From: Thermodesulfobacteriota bacterium
GTDB lineage: Bacteria > Desulfobacterota > Binatia > Bin18
NCBI GenBank assembly: GCA_964291405.2
Contig: OZ219926.1
Span: forward strand, 4,320,001 to 4,384,000
Length of the DNA: 64,000 nucleotides
Direction of reading: 5' to 3'
Part shown: positions 27,779-37,982 of the stretch, one piece after another
How positions within the stretch are numbered: position 1 is the first letter of the stretch
Layout: every line of letters begins with the position of its first letter
Notes under the pieces: generated by a model
Told to the model about the DNA's origin: nothing
What the model saw: the letters and a program-made list of their open reading frames with translations, nothing else
Database searches by the model: none
Made by a program: the position numbers and the translations under genes

Positions 27779-29020
27779 TCAGATTGCGCCCTCGGCCTGG
27801 GCTGCTTTAACCTCTTCGTTGCTGTACCCGACCAGCTCCCGCAGGATTTCCTGGGTATGCTCGCCGAGGCGGGGCGAAGTCGTGACCTCGACCGGTGAAT
27901 CGGAGAGCTTGAGCGGACAGCCGACCGTTTTGAACCGTCCGCGCTCCCGATGCTCGACTTCGGCTATAATGTCTCGCGCGGCCAGCGACTCGTCCTCCAG
28001 CAGCTCTTTCATGTCCAGGGTCGGGCCGCAGGGCACATTGGCCGTGTTGAGGAGCTGCATGGCTTCGTACTTGGTGTGCTTTTGGGTCCAGGCCTCGATC
28101 GTCGCGAAACAGTCATCCAGATGGGAGAGACGCGCCTCCGGCGTGGCATAGTCCGGATGGTCGATGAGTTCCTCGCGGCCAATCAGCTTCATCAGCGGCC
28201 CCCAGACCTGGGCCTGGACGACCACATAGATGTAGTCGTTGGGGCCGCCGGGTTTGCATTTGAGGGCCACCCCCGGATGGCCACCCCCGGAGGCGTTACC
28301 GGAACGCGGTACGGCTGGGCCAAAGGGCTTATCGGGATACTGCGGGTACTCCTTCAAGGGACCGTGGGCAAGCCGCTGCTGGTCGCGCAGCTTGACCCGA
28401 CACAGATTCAGCACCGCATCCTGCATGGCGACCTCAACCCGCTGCCCGGCTCCGGTTTTCTCCCTCTGAAAGAGGGCCGCCAGAATCGCGGCTACCAGAT
28501 GCATGCCCGTCCCGGAATCTCCGATCTGGGCTCCCGTACTGGTCGGCGGGCCGTCATCCCAGCCCGTTGTGCTCATGGCTCCTCCCATGGCCTGGGCGAC
28601 GGTTTCGTATGCCTTGCAGTCTGCGAACGGACCGGGACCGAACCCCTTGCCGGAGGCATAGATTATGCGCGGATTGATCTGCCGGATGACCTCCCAACTG
28701 AAGCCTTGGCGGTCCAGAGCGCCGGGCGCAAAGTTTTCGACCAGCACGTCACACTTCTTGATCAGCTTCCGAAAAATATCCTGTCCCTTGGGGGTCTTGG
28801 TATTGATAGTGATGCTGCGCTTATTGCAGTTGAGCATGGTGAAATACAGGCTATCGACATCGGGCAGGTCCCGGAGTTGTTGGCGGGTGATATCGCCCCG
28901 GCCCGGCAGTTCGACTTTGATGACATCCGCGCCGAGCCAGGCGAGCATCTGGGTACAAGAAGGCCCCATCTGGACGTGGGTCATGTCAAGAACACGGATG
29001 CCGTCCAAAGCTTTTCCCAT
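27779..29020 (-). CDS. frc: Formyl-CoA:oxalate CoA-transferase (family III)
   Basis: [58 protein letters not shown]. Confidence 0.88.
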   Translation of the reverse strand: MGKALDGIRVLDMTHVQMGPSCTQMLAWLGADVIKVELPGRGDITRQQLRDLPDVDSLYFTMLNCNKRSITINTKTPKGQDIFRKLIKKCDVLVENFAPGALDRQGFSWEVIRQINPRIIYASGKGFGPGPFADCKAYETVAQAMGGAMSTTGWDDGPPTSTGAQIGDSGTGMHLVAAILAALFQREKTGAGQRVEVAMQDAVLNLCRVKLRDQQRLAHGPLKEYPQYPDKPFGPAVPRSGNASGGGHPGVALKCKPGGPNDYIYVVVQAQVWGPLMKLIGREELIDHPDYATPEARLSHLDDCFATIEAWTQKHTKYEAMQLLNTANVPCGPTLDMKELLEDESLAARDIIAEVEHRERGRFKTVGCPLKLSDSPVEVTTSPRLGEHTQEILRELVGYSNEEVKAAQAEGAI

Positions 29021-29054
29021 GGTTTTCTCCTTGCCAGACGTACGCTGAATATTC

Positions 29055-29091
29055 CCCCTCACCCCAACCCTCTCCCCCCGGGGGAGAGGGA
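29055..29091. repeat. CCCTCTCCC/GGGAGAGGG palindromic repeat
   Basis: CCCTCTCCCCCCGGGGGAGAGGG hairpin upstream of frc. Confidence 0.6.
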
Positions 29092-29221
29092 GCCACGACT
29101 GCCTTGCGGTTACTTGTATATCGTCTGATTCCTGACGCAAAGAGGGGCGCGGGGCCGCTCCCTTGCCGAGGTCAGGGCCATCCAATATCATGCCGCCTGC
29201 AAAAACGCCCGGTAGGATAAT

Positions 29222-30886
29222 ATGAGCAAACAGACTGCAACAAAATCAATGGACCCCATTGTCTCGCTGTGCCGACGCCGCGGGTTTATCTTTCAGTCAT
29301 CCGAGCTGTACGGTGGCATTAACGGTTTTTGGGACTACGGTCCGCTCGGCGCTGAGTTGAAACGCAACCTCAAGGAAGCCTGGTGGCAAGACGTGGTCCG
29401 CTGCCCGGCCCCCGGTCCGGATGGCCGGCCCATTGAGATCGTCCCGGTTGACGCGACCATTATTATGAACCCGAAAGTCTGGGAGGCTTCGGGGCATGTG
29501 GGTGGATTCTCCGATCTGATGAGTACCTGTCGTCACTGTAAGAAGCTCGTACGGTACGATCACATCGAGGAGATGACTTACGAGAGTGACTGGTATGCTT
29601 CGTTCGTCGCCGAGTTGTACGATCCTGGTCCGCCGACTGTTAAGAGTTTACTCCGCTGGGCTAAAAAGTCGGGCAAGTTGGCTCCTGGCTTGGCGCAATC
29701 CATCCAGCAGACTGGCAATAAGATGGGCGAAGATGAGACACCAATAGAGCTTAGACCCTATAGACTACTCAAGCGTCTGGCAAGAACGGATGGAAGAACT
29801 CTGCTGGCGCGCCAACACTATGGTGTTGAAGAGACCGAACCTTATGAATTGCTGATTGACGCTTCTAGAGACGGGGAAGGACCGTGCCCATTCTGCGGCG
29901 GAGAGATTACTGAGCCGCGGCCTTTCAACCTGATGTTCAAGACCACAACCGGCGCGGTCGAAGACCCGTCGGCGGTCACCTATCTGCGCCCGGAGACGGC
30001 CCAGGGAATTTTTACCCAGTTCTGGAATGTGCTGGATAGCAATCGGGTGCGCGTGCCGTTTGGGATTGCGCAGATCGGCAAGGCGTTCCGCAACGAGGTC
30101 ACGCCGCGTAATTTTACGTTCCGGTCGCGTGAGTTCGAGCAGATGGAAATCGAGTTCTTCATTCATCCCGAGGAGGCCGCGGAGTGGTATCAGTACTGGC
30201 GCGACACCCGCTTTCGCTGGTGGCAATCTATTGGTCTGGCGGGCGAGAACCTGACGCTACGTGAGCACGACCAGGATGAGCTGGCCCACTACGCCAAGGA
30301 GGGGGCCGGCACGAGCGATGTGGAATATCGTTTCCCGTTTACCGCGCCCGGCTATGGGGAATTGGAAGGCGTGGCCCATCGGGCGGACTATGACCTGCGC
30401 CAGCACGCCACCCATTGCGGCCAGGGAGATAAGCTGCGCTATTTTGATGACCAGCGTAAAGAGCGTTATTTCCCGCATGTGATTGAGCCGAGCGCCGGTG
30501 CCGACCGTGGCACCCTGGCAGCACTGTGTGAAGCCTATACACAAGACGAGAACCGGCCGAGCAAGGTCTATATGAAATTCCACCCCCGGCTGGCGCCGAT
30601 CAAGGCGGCGGTATTCCCTCTGGTCAATAAAAGCGGCATGCCCGAGGTGGCCGAGAAGCTCTACCAGGAGTTGCGTCCGAAATACGCCGTCCAGTTTGAT
30701 GTGAAGCAGAACATCGGCAAACGCTACGCGCGTATGGACGAGGCCGGCACACCCTACTGCTTTACGATTGACGGCGACACGCTTGAGGACCAGACCGTGA
30801 CCGTGCGTTACCGTGACACCCTGGAGCAAGACCGTATCGGGATTGATAAGGTCGGCGCGTTTCTGGACGAGAAGATGGGGAAGTAA
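29222..30886 (+). CDS. glyQS: Glycine--tRNA ligase, alpha2 (homodimeric) type
   Basis: [56 protein letters not shown]. Confidence 0.95.
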   Translation: MSKQTATKSMDPIVSLCRRRGFIFQSSELYGGINGFWDYGPLGAELKRNLKEAWWQDVVRCPAPGPDGRPIEIVPVDATIIMNPKVWEASGHVGGFSDLMSTCRHCKKLVRYDHIEEMTYESDWYASFVAELYDPGPPTVKSLLRWAKKSGKLAPGLAQSIQQTGNKMGEDETPIELRPYRLLKRLARTDGRTLLARQHYGVEETEPYELLIDASRDGEGPCPFCGGEITEPRPFNLMFKTTTGAVEDPSAVTYLRPETAQGIFTQFWNVLDSNRVRVPFGIAQIGKAFRNEVTPRNFTFRSREFEQMEIEFFIHPEEAAEWYQYWRDTRFRWWQSIGLAGENLTLREHDQDELAHYAKEGAGTSDVEYRFPFTAPGYGELEGVAHRADYDLRQHATHCGQGDKLRYFDDQRKERYFPHVIEPSAGADRGTLAALCEAYTQDENRPSKVYMKFHPRLAPIKAAVFPLVNKSGMPEVAEKLYQELRPKYAVQFDVKQNIGKRYARMDEAGTPYCFTIDGDTLEDQTVTVRYRDTLEQDRIGIDKVGAFLDEKMGK

Positions 30887-30932
30887 GTCGGGACTCGCCT
30901 GTCCCTTCCCTGGGCGGGTGATGTAAGAAGGA

Positions 30933-30972
30933 ACCCACCCCGGCCCTTCGGGCCACCCCTCCCAAGAGGGGA
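30933..30972. repeat. Palindromic REP-like repeat downstream of glyQS
   Basis: GGCCCTTCGGGCC and CCCCTC-CCAA-GAGGGG hairpins. Confidence 0.55.
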
Positions 30973-31082
30973 GTTTTCCCATCTCCTCCTCGGAGGGAGT
31001 TATAGACAATCTTACCCACGCTCATAGTACCTTCATGGCTTGACTTTCATTATTTCCAGAGCATATATTTTCTGCATAACAG

Positions 31083-31146
31083 AAAAGCCCCGTCCATTCG
31101 TCCCTGATTAAAGACGCCCATCAAAGGCGGCACGAGTGGACGGGGC
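31083..31146 (-). terminator. Long stem-loop with a U-tract on the minus strand, between convergent genes
   Basis: GCCCCGTCCA.TCGT / ACGA.TGGACGGGGC followed by TTTT. Confidence 0.5.
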
Positions 31147-31223
31147 ACCCCACTACCACCTTCCCCCAATACTATGAACTCTACTTATGCAATCCTGTTG
31201 GATGGCGGGGTGGGTTGCCCCGT

Positions 31224-32024
31224 TTATTCAACACCCAATTCTACTTCACCCAGCCCGTCCATCGTCAACTGCACCCTGTCGCCCTGACTCACAAACTTGG
31301 TCGCCACCACGCTGCCGGTCATGACGACCATGCCCTGAGACAGAGTCTTGCCCTGGGCGGCCAGCGTGCTCGCCAGCCAGGCCAGGGCATCGAGCGGATG
31401 GCCCAGCACGTCCCGGCCATCACCTTCTCCAACGACCTCGCCGTTGATGCGCATGGTGCCGTGGATGGCGGCCAGGTCGAGCGATTGCCAGTCTGTCAGA
31501 GGCGAACCCAGGACAATGCCGCCGTTCCAGGCGTTGTCCGCGAGCAGCGTCAATATATTGTCGGCGATCTTGGTGTAGTCCGCGTGGCGATCATCAACCA
31601 ATTCAAAGGCCGGCATGACAGCCCCGATTGCCCCGGCCACGCTATCGCGCGTATAGGGAGCCCGCTCGGCTGGCAAATCATGCGCAATCTGCACGGCAAT
31701 CTCACACTCGACTCCCAGGCGACCGAAGTCGCTCAGGCGCACCCGAGCAGGTGTATGATGGATGCTTTTTTCCATGACGGCGGCGGCAATGGGTTCGTCA
31801 AAACCGACCATTTTTTGCATCACTGGGGTGGTCAATGCAATTTTATGCCCGGCGATAGGGCCGTAGGTCTCCGTCAAGAGTTGCTGAAATGCTGCCTGAA
31901 TGGCATAGGCGTCTTCAAGATGGCGCGGGGTATGCGGCTCCGGGATGGGGATAAAGGGGCGGCCGGCCTGGCGTTCGTTCCATAAAAATCTGGCGGCCTC
32001 GTGATACGACTGTGCGTTGGCCAT
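31224..32024 (-). CDS. 2-keto-4-pentenoate hydratase / FAH-family protein
   Basis: GHKIALT, VECEIAV, ELVDDR, ADNAWNGGIVLG, VMTGS. Confidence 0.88.
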   Translation of the reverse strand: MANAQSYHEAARFLWNERQAGRPFIPIPEPHTPRHLEDAYAIQAAFQQLLTETYGPIAGHKIALTTPVMQKMVGFDEPIAAAVMEKSIHHTPARVRLSDFGRLGVECEIAVQIAHDLPAERAPYTRDSVAGAIGAVMPAFELVDDRHADYTKIADNILTLLADNAWNGGIVLGSPLTDWQSLDLAAIHGTMRINGEVVGEGDGRDVLGHPLDALAWLASTLAAQGKTLSQGMVVMTGSVVATKFVSQGDRVQLTMDGLGEVELGVE

Positions 32025-32052
32025 TACGATGTCTCCTCACCTGCACCACAGG

Positions 32053-33387
32053 CTATTGAGTCTGAAAAAAGCGATTCTCCGGCCGAGGCAGGCCAAGGTT
32101 TTCCCGTAGGGTCGTGCCCTCGTATTCGCGCCGAAACAGGCCGCGGCGCTGGAGTTCGGGCACGACTTGATCCACAAATTCGTCCAGTCCGCCCGGCAGA
32201 TAGGGGAACATGACGTTAAAGCCGTCCGACCCCTCGGTCATGAGCCACTCCTCCATGTGATCGGCGATCATGCTCGGCGTGCCAGTGAGTTCCAAGGTGC
32301 TGAAACTGCCGCCCACATACTGGGCAAGTTGTCTGATGGTCATATTGTCCCTGCGCGCCATATCGACCAGTTTCTGCCGCCCGGATTGAGTGGCGTTACT
32401 TTCCGGTATGTCGGGCAACGGATTGTCCAGGTCATAGCCCGACACGTCATGGCCCAGCAGGACGCAGAGTGTGGCCATGCCGCTGTCCGGGTGGACCAGG
32501 CTGTCGAGCTTCGCCTTCTTTGCCCGCGCTTCGGCCAGCGTGTCGCCAATAACAACAAAGGCGCCCGGCAGGATTTTGAGATGCTCGCGACAGCGCCCGC
32601 AGGCCTCCATCCGACCTTTGACATCCGCGTAATAGGACTGGGCGTCCTTCAGATTATTGACCCCGGAAAACACGACCTCGGCGGTCTCGGCTGCGAGCTG
32701 ACGGCCGGCCTCTGACGCACCGGCCTGGACGATGACCGGCCAGCCCTGGACGGGTCGGGCGATATTCAGCGGACCGCGCACGGACAGATGCGGGCCTTTA
32801 TGGTTCAGCACGTGTAACTTTTCAGGATCGAAATACACGCCAGCCTCGACATCGCGGATAAAGGCATTGTCCGCCCAACTGTCCCACAGGCCGGTGACCA
32901 CATCGTAGAACTCGCGCGCCAGACGATAGCGCGCATCATGTTCCATATGGGCCTCGCGTCCGAAATTTAACGCCTCGTCCGGGTTGGCCGAGGTCACTAC
33001 ATTCCAGCCGGCCCGCCCGCCGCTGATATGGTCAAGCGAGGCAAACTTCCGCGCCACATGGTACGGGTCGTTATAGGTGGTAGAGGCTGTAGCGACCAGA
33101 CCCAGGTGCGTGGTGACCGTAGCCAGCGCCGGAAGCAGGGTGAGCGGATCGAACGAGGTGACCGTCGCGCTGCGTTTGAGTGCTGCCATTGGCATATTGA
33201 GCACGGCCAGGTGGTCGGCCATGAAAAAGGCATCGAAGCGCCCACGTTCCAGGGTACGCACAAAGCGCTGGTAGTGCGCAAAATTGAAGTTGGCATCCGG
33301 AAAGGCCCCCGGATAGCGCCAGGCCGCGGTATGAATGCTGACCGGTCGCATGAACGCGCCGAGCCGCAGTTGTCGTAAATGCGCCAT
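32053..33387 (-). CDS. LLM-class FMN-dependent monooxygenase (NtaA/SnaA/DszA family)
   Basis: FFMADHLA, ARKFASLDHISGGRAGWNVVTS, QAGAS, GTTLRENLGL. Confidence 0.92.
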   Translation of the reverse strand: MAHLRQLRLGAFMRPVSIHTAAWRYPGAFPDANFNFAHYQRFVRTLERGRFDAFFMADHLAVLNMPMAALKRSATVTSFDPLTLLPALATVTTHLGLVATASTTYNDPYHVARKFASLDHISGGRAGWNVVTSANPDEALNFGREAHMEHDARYRLAREFYDVVTGLWDSWADNAFIRDVEAGVYFDPEKLHVLNHKGPHLSVRGPLNIARPVQGWPVIVQAGASEAGRQLAAETAEVVFSGVNNLKDAQSYYADVKGRMEACGRCREHLKILPGAFVVIGDTLAEARAKKAKLDSLVHPDSGMATLCVLLGHDVSGYDLDNPLPDIPESNATQSGRQKLVDMARRDNMTIRQLAQYVGGSFSTLELTGTPSMIADHMEEWLMTEGSDGFNVMFPYLPGGLDEFVDQVVPELQRRGLFRREYEGTTLRENLGLPRPENRFFQTQ

Positions 33388-33575
33388 AGTTTTTCTGTCC
33401 GGTCCTCCTATCTCGGGCTAGACGATAGGGTAGCAAATTGCCGGGTTATGGCTATCCCAGCGATTTCCAGAAGCCTGGTATTTCGCTTCTGCCTGTTTTC
33501 TTTATCTCTCGTGACTTTAGAATACGGACTGGTTATAAGTCTAGTCAGTAGAGACTATAAACTCTTGGAGTACAT

Positions 33576-33836
33576 ATGAGTAAAACCTGGCAGGTACAGG
33601 ACGCGAAGGCGCGGTTCAGCGAATTCCTTGAAGCGAGCCTTGCCGAAGGACCGCAAGTCGTAACCAAACGAGGGGTGGAGGCTGCGGTTTTGGTCTCCAT
33701 CGATCAGTGGCGACGATTAGAGCAGATGAGTAGGCCCGATCTGAAGGAATTGCTCCTCGCACCCGAAGCACGGACTGATACTCTGACGTCGCCACGAGAG
33801 AGACGTCGTCACCGCAGTTTGCCGAGCTTCGAGTAA
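33576..33836 (+). CDS. Orphan Phd/YefM antitoxin
   Basis: WQVQDAKARFSEFL...GPQVVTKRG; no toxin ORF follows. Confidence 0.88.
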   Translation: MSKTWQVQDAKARFSEFLEASLAEGPQVVTKRGVEAAVLVSIDQWRRLEQMSRPDLKELLLAPEARTDTLTSPRERRRHRSLPSFE

Positions 33837-33904
33837 AACGGAAAAGGCTGTAAATTGGGGCGTGTGTGGTCGTCTACAAGATGTATCTTTATCGCTTTCG
33901 ATAT

Positions 33905-34149
33905 CTATGATGAAGGGCGACCGGCATCTCTGACGACCTGCCATACGATGTAGATAATCATTCCGGCAACCATGAAGAGTCCAGCAAATCCCACAAGTTC
34001 GTAAGCGCTCATTCTCCAGACCCCCCGATCCCTTTCATAAGCAGTTCGATCCGTCGATGAAGAAGCACGATGAAGATACCAAGGACAAAATTCACTGTAA
34101 GGCCAGCTATGAGGAACTTGGCCGCGCTTTCTCGTTGTCGCGATGTCAT
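33905..34149 (-). CDS. Two coupled small membrane ORFs (34009-34149 and 33905-34012)
   Basis: MTSRQRESAAKFLIAGLTVNFVLGIFIVLL...GE* overlaps by ATGA with MSAYELVGFAGLFMVAGMIIYIVWQVVRDAGRPSS*. Confidence 0.4.
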
Positions 34150-34346
34150 GCTTGGTGAAAGTCTACTACACAGGCCATGCACTGACCAGAGTTGTTCCTC
34201 TACACTTTGGCGTTCGGCTGGGCTGGAAGCCCGCATCCGCAGTGACGCCGAGCTTTGAGATCAACACCGCCAGTTGCGTATTGACGACTTCTTCACGATT
34301 GCGCTGCTTAGGCATGAGTATCGGCAAGTCCTTCTTGGCGTCCCTT

Positions 34347-34374
34347 GTAGGGGCAATTCATGAATTGCCCCTAC
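34347..34374. repeat. Perfect 28-bp GTAG-type palindrome
   Basis: GTAGGGGCAATTCATGAATTGCCCCTAC; supplies the stop of 34371-34964. Confidence 0.85.
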
Positions 34375-34964
34375 CGCTCTCTGTTTCCTATCCAGGTGAC
34401 GCAGGAATCCGAAAAGATAATCGTATCTTCATTGGGATAACTGTGGGCGGTTTTGAGCGTCACACGCGGGCTCGTCTTGTCGAGCATCACCCAGACCAGC
34501 GTTTGGGGGGCTGGGCCTCGGGACGTGGCCGGAAAAGAATAGTCGAGACCAGCGCTCGATGAGGGTGCCGTGTCTGTACTGGCCCGGACAATACGTTGAG
34601 CCAGTGCCCGAAAGGCGGACTGGCCGCGCCGGCTGTCCGTCTGCTGGGCTTCAAAATGATAGTGCAGCGCTGGTGTGAGCTGGAGGTCAATAGGGCGAGC
34701 CAGGTTCACAATCCAGTCCGAGAACACTGGTTGTAACGCAGGGGGAGTATCCGTGCAGGCCAGGATTTCGCAGACGTGCTGGGTATTGTCATACGCGATA
34801 TGAACGATGTGGCTGGCCCCGATAATACTCGCCTGTACCTGGAATCGGGGCTGTTCCAGGCGCACCGTGGCCAGCGGTCTGAAGTGCTGAAAATCCACCC
34901 GGTCGGCGAGAACGTGAAGCCGGAGCTCGGCGGCGGATTGGTCCTTGTAGGTGAGCGTGCTCAT
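34371..34964 (-). CDS. DUF2617-like protein
   Basis: IIGASH...EILAC...TAHSYPNE pattern. Confidence 0.6.
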   Translation of the reverse strand: MSTLTYKDQSAAELRLHVLADRVDFQHFRPLATVRLEQPRFQVQASIIGASHIVHIAYDNTQHVCEILACTDTPPALQPVFSDWIVNLARPIDLQLTPALHYHFEAQQTDSRRGQSAFRALAQRIVRASTDTAPSSSAGLDYSFPATSRGPAPQTLVWVMLDKTSPRVTLKTAHSYPNEDTIIFSDSCVTWIGNRER

Positions 34965-34971
34965 GCGGTGT

Positions 34972-35808
34972 CTAGCCTGCGGCAACAACGGACGGGTGCA
35001 GGAGTTGAGATAGGGCTAACAGCCGGCCGAGCATCTCCCACACCCCGAGTAACTGGAACGCCATGACCACTATTGTCCCAGCCAACACGATCCGAATCCA
35101 GCCTTCGCCCTTGCTGACACCCCAGTGCGCTCCAAACCACGCGCCGATACTGGTCGTTATCGACAGGATCAGGCCCGCGCTCCAATCAACCTTTCCGTTC
35201 AGCGCAAAGACGCAGCAGGCAATGCCGGTCACGCCCATGACAATAACGACCTTCACACCGTTTGCCAGCATGAGATTCAAGCCGCCCATAGTGCTTAGCG
35301 CCACCAGTATAAAAATACCGGCCCCAATTTGCAGTAAGCCACCGTAGAGGCCGATACCGAAAAAGACGCCTTGAAGCAGTCGTCGCCCTCGATCTGTCCT
35401 ACTGACGGCCAGCAGTTTGCTATTGAGAACCGGTTCAAACACCACCGGGATGAGCAGGACCATCATCGTGATAGCCAACAAGGTCTGGAAGACCGCATCG
35501 TCCAGACGGACCGATACCAGCGCGCCGCACACCGAGCCCAGCATGGCCGGGATCATGAGCGTAATGGCTAAGCCGGAGTCGGTCTGATTCAGTTTTTTAT
35601 ACGCGGCCAGGGCAGTCAGGCTTTGCAGGACAACGGCCAAACGATTCGTGCCGTTGGCCACTCCCGGCGGCAGGCCGATCAGGATGAGGGCGGGCACGGT
35701 CAGCACGGCCCCTCCGCCGGAAACCGCGTTGAGAAAACCGGCGGCCAGACCGCTGAGGCTAATGAGGAGTATGTCGGTGAGTGACATGACACTAAAAAGG
35801 GCAGCCAT
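34972..35808 (-). CDS. TauE/SafE sulfite-exporter family membrane protein
   Basis: AGFLNAVSGGG...ANGTN...GLYGG. Confidence 0.9.
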   Translation of the reverse strand: MAALFSVMSLTDILLISLSGLAAGFLNAVSGGGAVLTVPALILIGLPPGVANGTNRLAVVLQSLTALAAYKKLNQTDSGLAITLMIPAMLGSVCGALVSVRLDDAVFQTLLAITMMVLLIPVVFEPVLNSKLLAVSRTDRGRRLLQGVFFGIGLYGGLLQIGAGIFILVALSTMGGLNLMLANGVKVVIVMGVTGIACCVFALNGKVDWSAGLILSITTSIGAWFGAHWGVSKGEGWIRIVLAGTIVVMAFQLLGVWEMLGRLLALSQLLHPSVVAAG

Positions 35809-35967
35809 AGCGGGCTGCCCCTACCATCTCGGTGTTTGATTTGTGGAGAACTGCACCGTCTCGCCGGGAATGTCGGTGTCTTTGGTGAGCACCTTGTCGG
35901 TCTTCAAGGGCACGACGATTTGATCGTACTACCAGATCGATTCACCGCTCCAATCACAACGTGACCG

Positions 35968-37182
35968 TCACCGTTTCTCAAATATTACAAGGCTCTCTCG
36001 GGACGCCACACGCCCGTATTGCCCCATTTGCTGCGCGCTATTCCCACGCCAGCGTATTGCCCGTATTTCATTGCATATGAGGCCTGCCCGCTCGCCCATT
36101 TCCGCAGTGTACTCATCAACAGGAATGACGCTGCCGTCGTAGCGAGCGTTCCCAACTACGAAAGCAACCTTTCCACTTGAGCGACAAACACGTTCGACTT
36201 CACACAGACATAAGTACATGTCAAAAAAATATCCTCGTAACATTTGTTGCATACGCTGGTCGCTCAAATTGTAAATGTTCCTTTCGAGCGATTCAGGTGC
36301 TTCGTACTCCTCCGCCGAGGGTCGTTTTGGGCGAGCCTCTGGATGGGAATGGAAAGTCTGATATCTAAGTGCTCGATTTGCTTCCCAGTCATGAAATGCA
36401 AACATCAATTCTATTCCAAAGATCCGCGTATAGTCGTGACGATTCGGGTACGGTGGGGAAGTAATCACGGCTGAGTATGACCCATTGGGCGCCGGGATGG
36501 TACGGGCATCTGCGACCCGGGCTTTCCAATTGCCATTGCTTTGGGGGCACGATTTACCGACGTCCGATAACATCATCCCGACTTGTTTCCTGAAGGAGTT
36601 CCAAACATTTTCGGCACTAGCGCCTTGGTTCAACCACCTCAACCATCCCCCGTTTGCAACCGCATGACTGAAATGTGGGAGGATGGAAATTAACGCCAAT
36701 CGAAAAAAATTCTGTTCCGAGGAGGAAGCATTTATGTTGTCTATATACCCAGCAATTGCATCGAACGACTCAAGTCGGCCCTCAGGCAAGGCTTTTCGTA
36801 TCAGTTCCGGGTAGGTTCGCCTCATTGGCAACGCGCCTCCCGACTTTGCGGCGCGTTGGAGAGTCCGCCATAACTTATCCAATTTCCCTCGTGAGAAAGT
36901 GGCCGTCTTCGTATTCGCAGCAAGAACGGCGAGTGGGGAAAGATCATAACCAGCGGCCGAGACACTCTTTTCCTTCGCAGCTAAGAGTGTGGTCCCCGCG
37001 CCCACAAAGGGATCAAGTATATCGTCCTGTTCGGTCAATCTCCATTCATCTACTAAAGAGTGGACGAGTTCACCAGTAAAGCTATGAGGAAAAAGATACC
37101 ACCGGTGGACTGCCTTTTCCCTTGCGGCTCTTGGCGTCATCCAATGTTTCCACTCAGCCTGTTCGGTAATGTGCCACTTCAT
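35968..37182 (-). CDS. DNA amino-methyltransferase, probably N4-cytosine
   Basis: Motif I DPFVGAGTT precedes motif IV TSPPY; HRWY..PHSF N-terminus. Confidence 0.88.
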   Translation of the reverse strand: MKWHITEQAEWKHWMTPRAAREKAVHRWYLFPHSFTGELVHSLVDEWRLTEQDDILDPFVGAGTTLLAAKEKSVSAAGYDLSPLAVLAANTKTATFSRGKLDKLWRTLQRAAKSGGALPMRRTYPELIRKALPEGRLESFDAIAGYIDNINASSSEQNFFRLALISILPHFSHAVANGGWLRWLNQGASAENVWNSFRKQVGMMLSDVGKSCPQSNGNWKARVADARTIPAPNGSYSAVITSPPYPNRHDYTRIFGIELMFAFHDWEANRALRYQTFHSHPEARPKRPSAEEYEAPESLERNIYNLSDQRMQQMLRGYFFDMYLCLCEVERVCRSSGKVAFVVGNARYDGSVIPVDEYTAEMGERAGLICNEIRAIRWRGNSAQQMGQYGRVASRESLVIFEKR

Positions 37183-37982
37183 GATGAATTATGATGTTCG
37201 AGAGTGGGTATTTCTGGTTGAACGGTACCGTCAGCCGTAACCATATGGGCGCTCGGTAATTCTACTCCATTGGCAGTTCCAAGTGTGATATCCCCGATGA
37301 GCTGGCGTAACTTCTCTCTGATTTCCTCATAGGGAGCACTGTCATTAGGGCCGCATATATAGTTGACAGTATCTCTGAGGTATTTGTCGGCAGTAAACAG
37401 GTAATCTGCTTTAGCAACTAGTGCACTCGCGTAAATGATACTGTCCATAGCCTCAATATAAATCAGCCCATTAATGCCTTTTGCCAACTCCAGCACATCA
37501 CGTGTCCGGTCTCTGTCATTTGTCCTGACCGCGATATCTGATTCTCCCAGCAGTGAGGTTAAACCATTGACTCCATCCTTGACCGTCGTCAACTCGCTGG
37601 TGTCAACTCGCTCACGAATCTCTTCTTCACGGAGACGTGACCACATCCGGTCCGGTATCCCCTCTTTCGCTGCGCTCAGGATAGCCCTCCCCCTTGCTCT
37701 CCCGGTGAGCAATTCGAGCTCGGAGACAGGCGCGTATTGGACCTGTACCTCCTGCGCCGAAAGGAAAGCTATAGTCTCTAAACCTCGTTTCAGGCTTTTC
37801 TTGAGACTGGCATCCTCTAGGTTGTCTACTCGTGCAACTGCGCGCTCTTTCTCTGCTGTAGATTTTTCGGGACTCCAAGGAAACAGGGCGTTACCCTTTG
37901 CGTATTCCAGGTAGATTCCGATGTAATGAAGTATGTTCGTATCTAAGAATGCTATCCTCTGAAGATCTTGCTGGCTATCCAT
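37179..37982 (-). CDS. Extended PIN-domain protein
   Basis: AFLDTNILH...SELELL...MDSIIYASAL...LFTADKYL; ATGA overlap with the MTase. Confidence 0.75.
   Translation of the reverse strand: MDSQQDLQRIAFLDTNILHYIGIYLEYAKGNALFPWSPEKSTAEKERAVARVDNLEDASLKKSLKRGLETIAFLSAQEVQVQYAPVSELELLTGRARGRAILSAAKEGIPDRMWSRLREEEIRERVDTSELTTVKDGVNGLTSLLGESDIAVRTNDRDRTRDVLELAKGINGLIYIEAMDSIIYASALVAKADYLFTADKYLRDTVNYICGPNDSAPYEEIREKLRQLIGDITLGTANGVELPSAHMVTADGTVQPEIPTLEHHNSS

Noticed and set aside
29560-29880. GlyRS insertion as an intein
   Set aside because: No N-terminal Cys/Ser block and no terminal His-Asn motif.
31080-31200. Hairpin as a T-box riboswitch for glyQS
   Set aside because: It lies downstream of glyQS and lacks the GGTGGNACCGCG T-box consensus.
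34165-34315. Short minus-strand ORF MPKQRNREEVVNTQLAVLISKLGVTADA..., possibly the 5' remnant of a larger restriction-modification-like gene
   Set aside because: Too short to assign without a search.
35820-35965. Coding-like remnant between the MTase and tauE (YDQIVVPLKTDKVLTKDTDIPGETVQF...)
   Set aside because: No start, an internal stop and no recognisable family; it may mark the insertion point of the four-gene operon, but I cannot support that.
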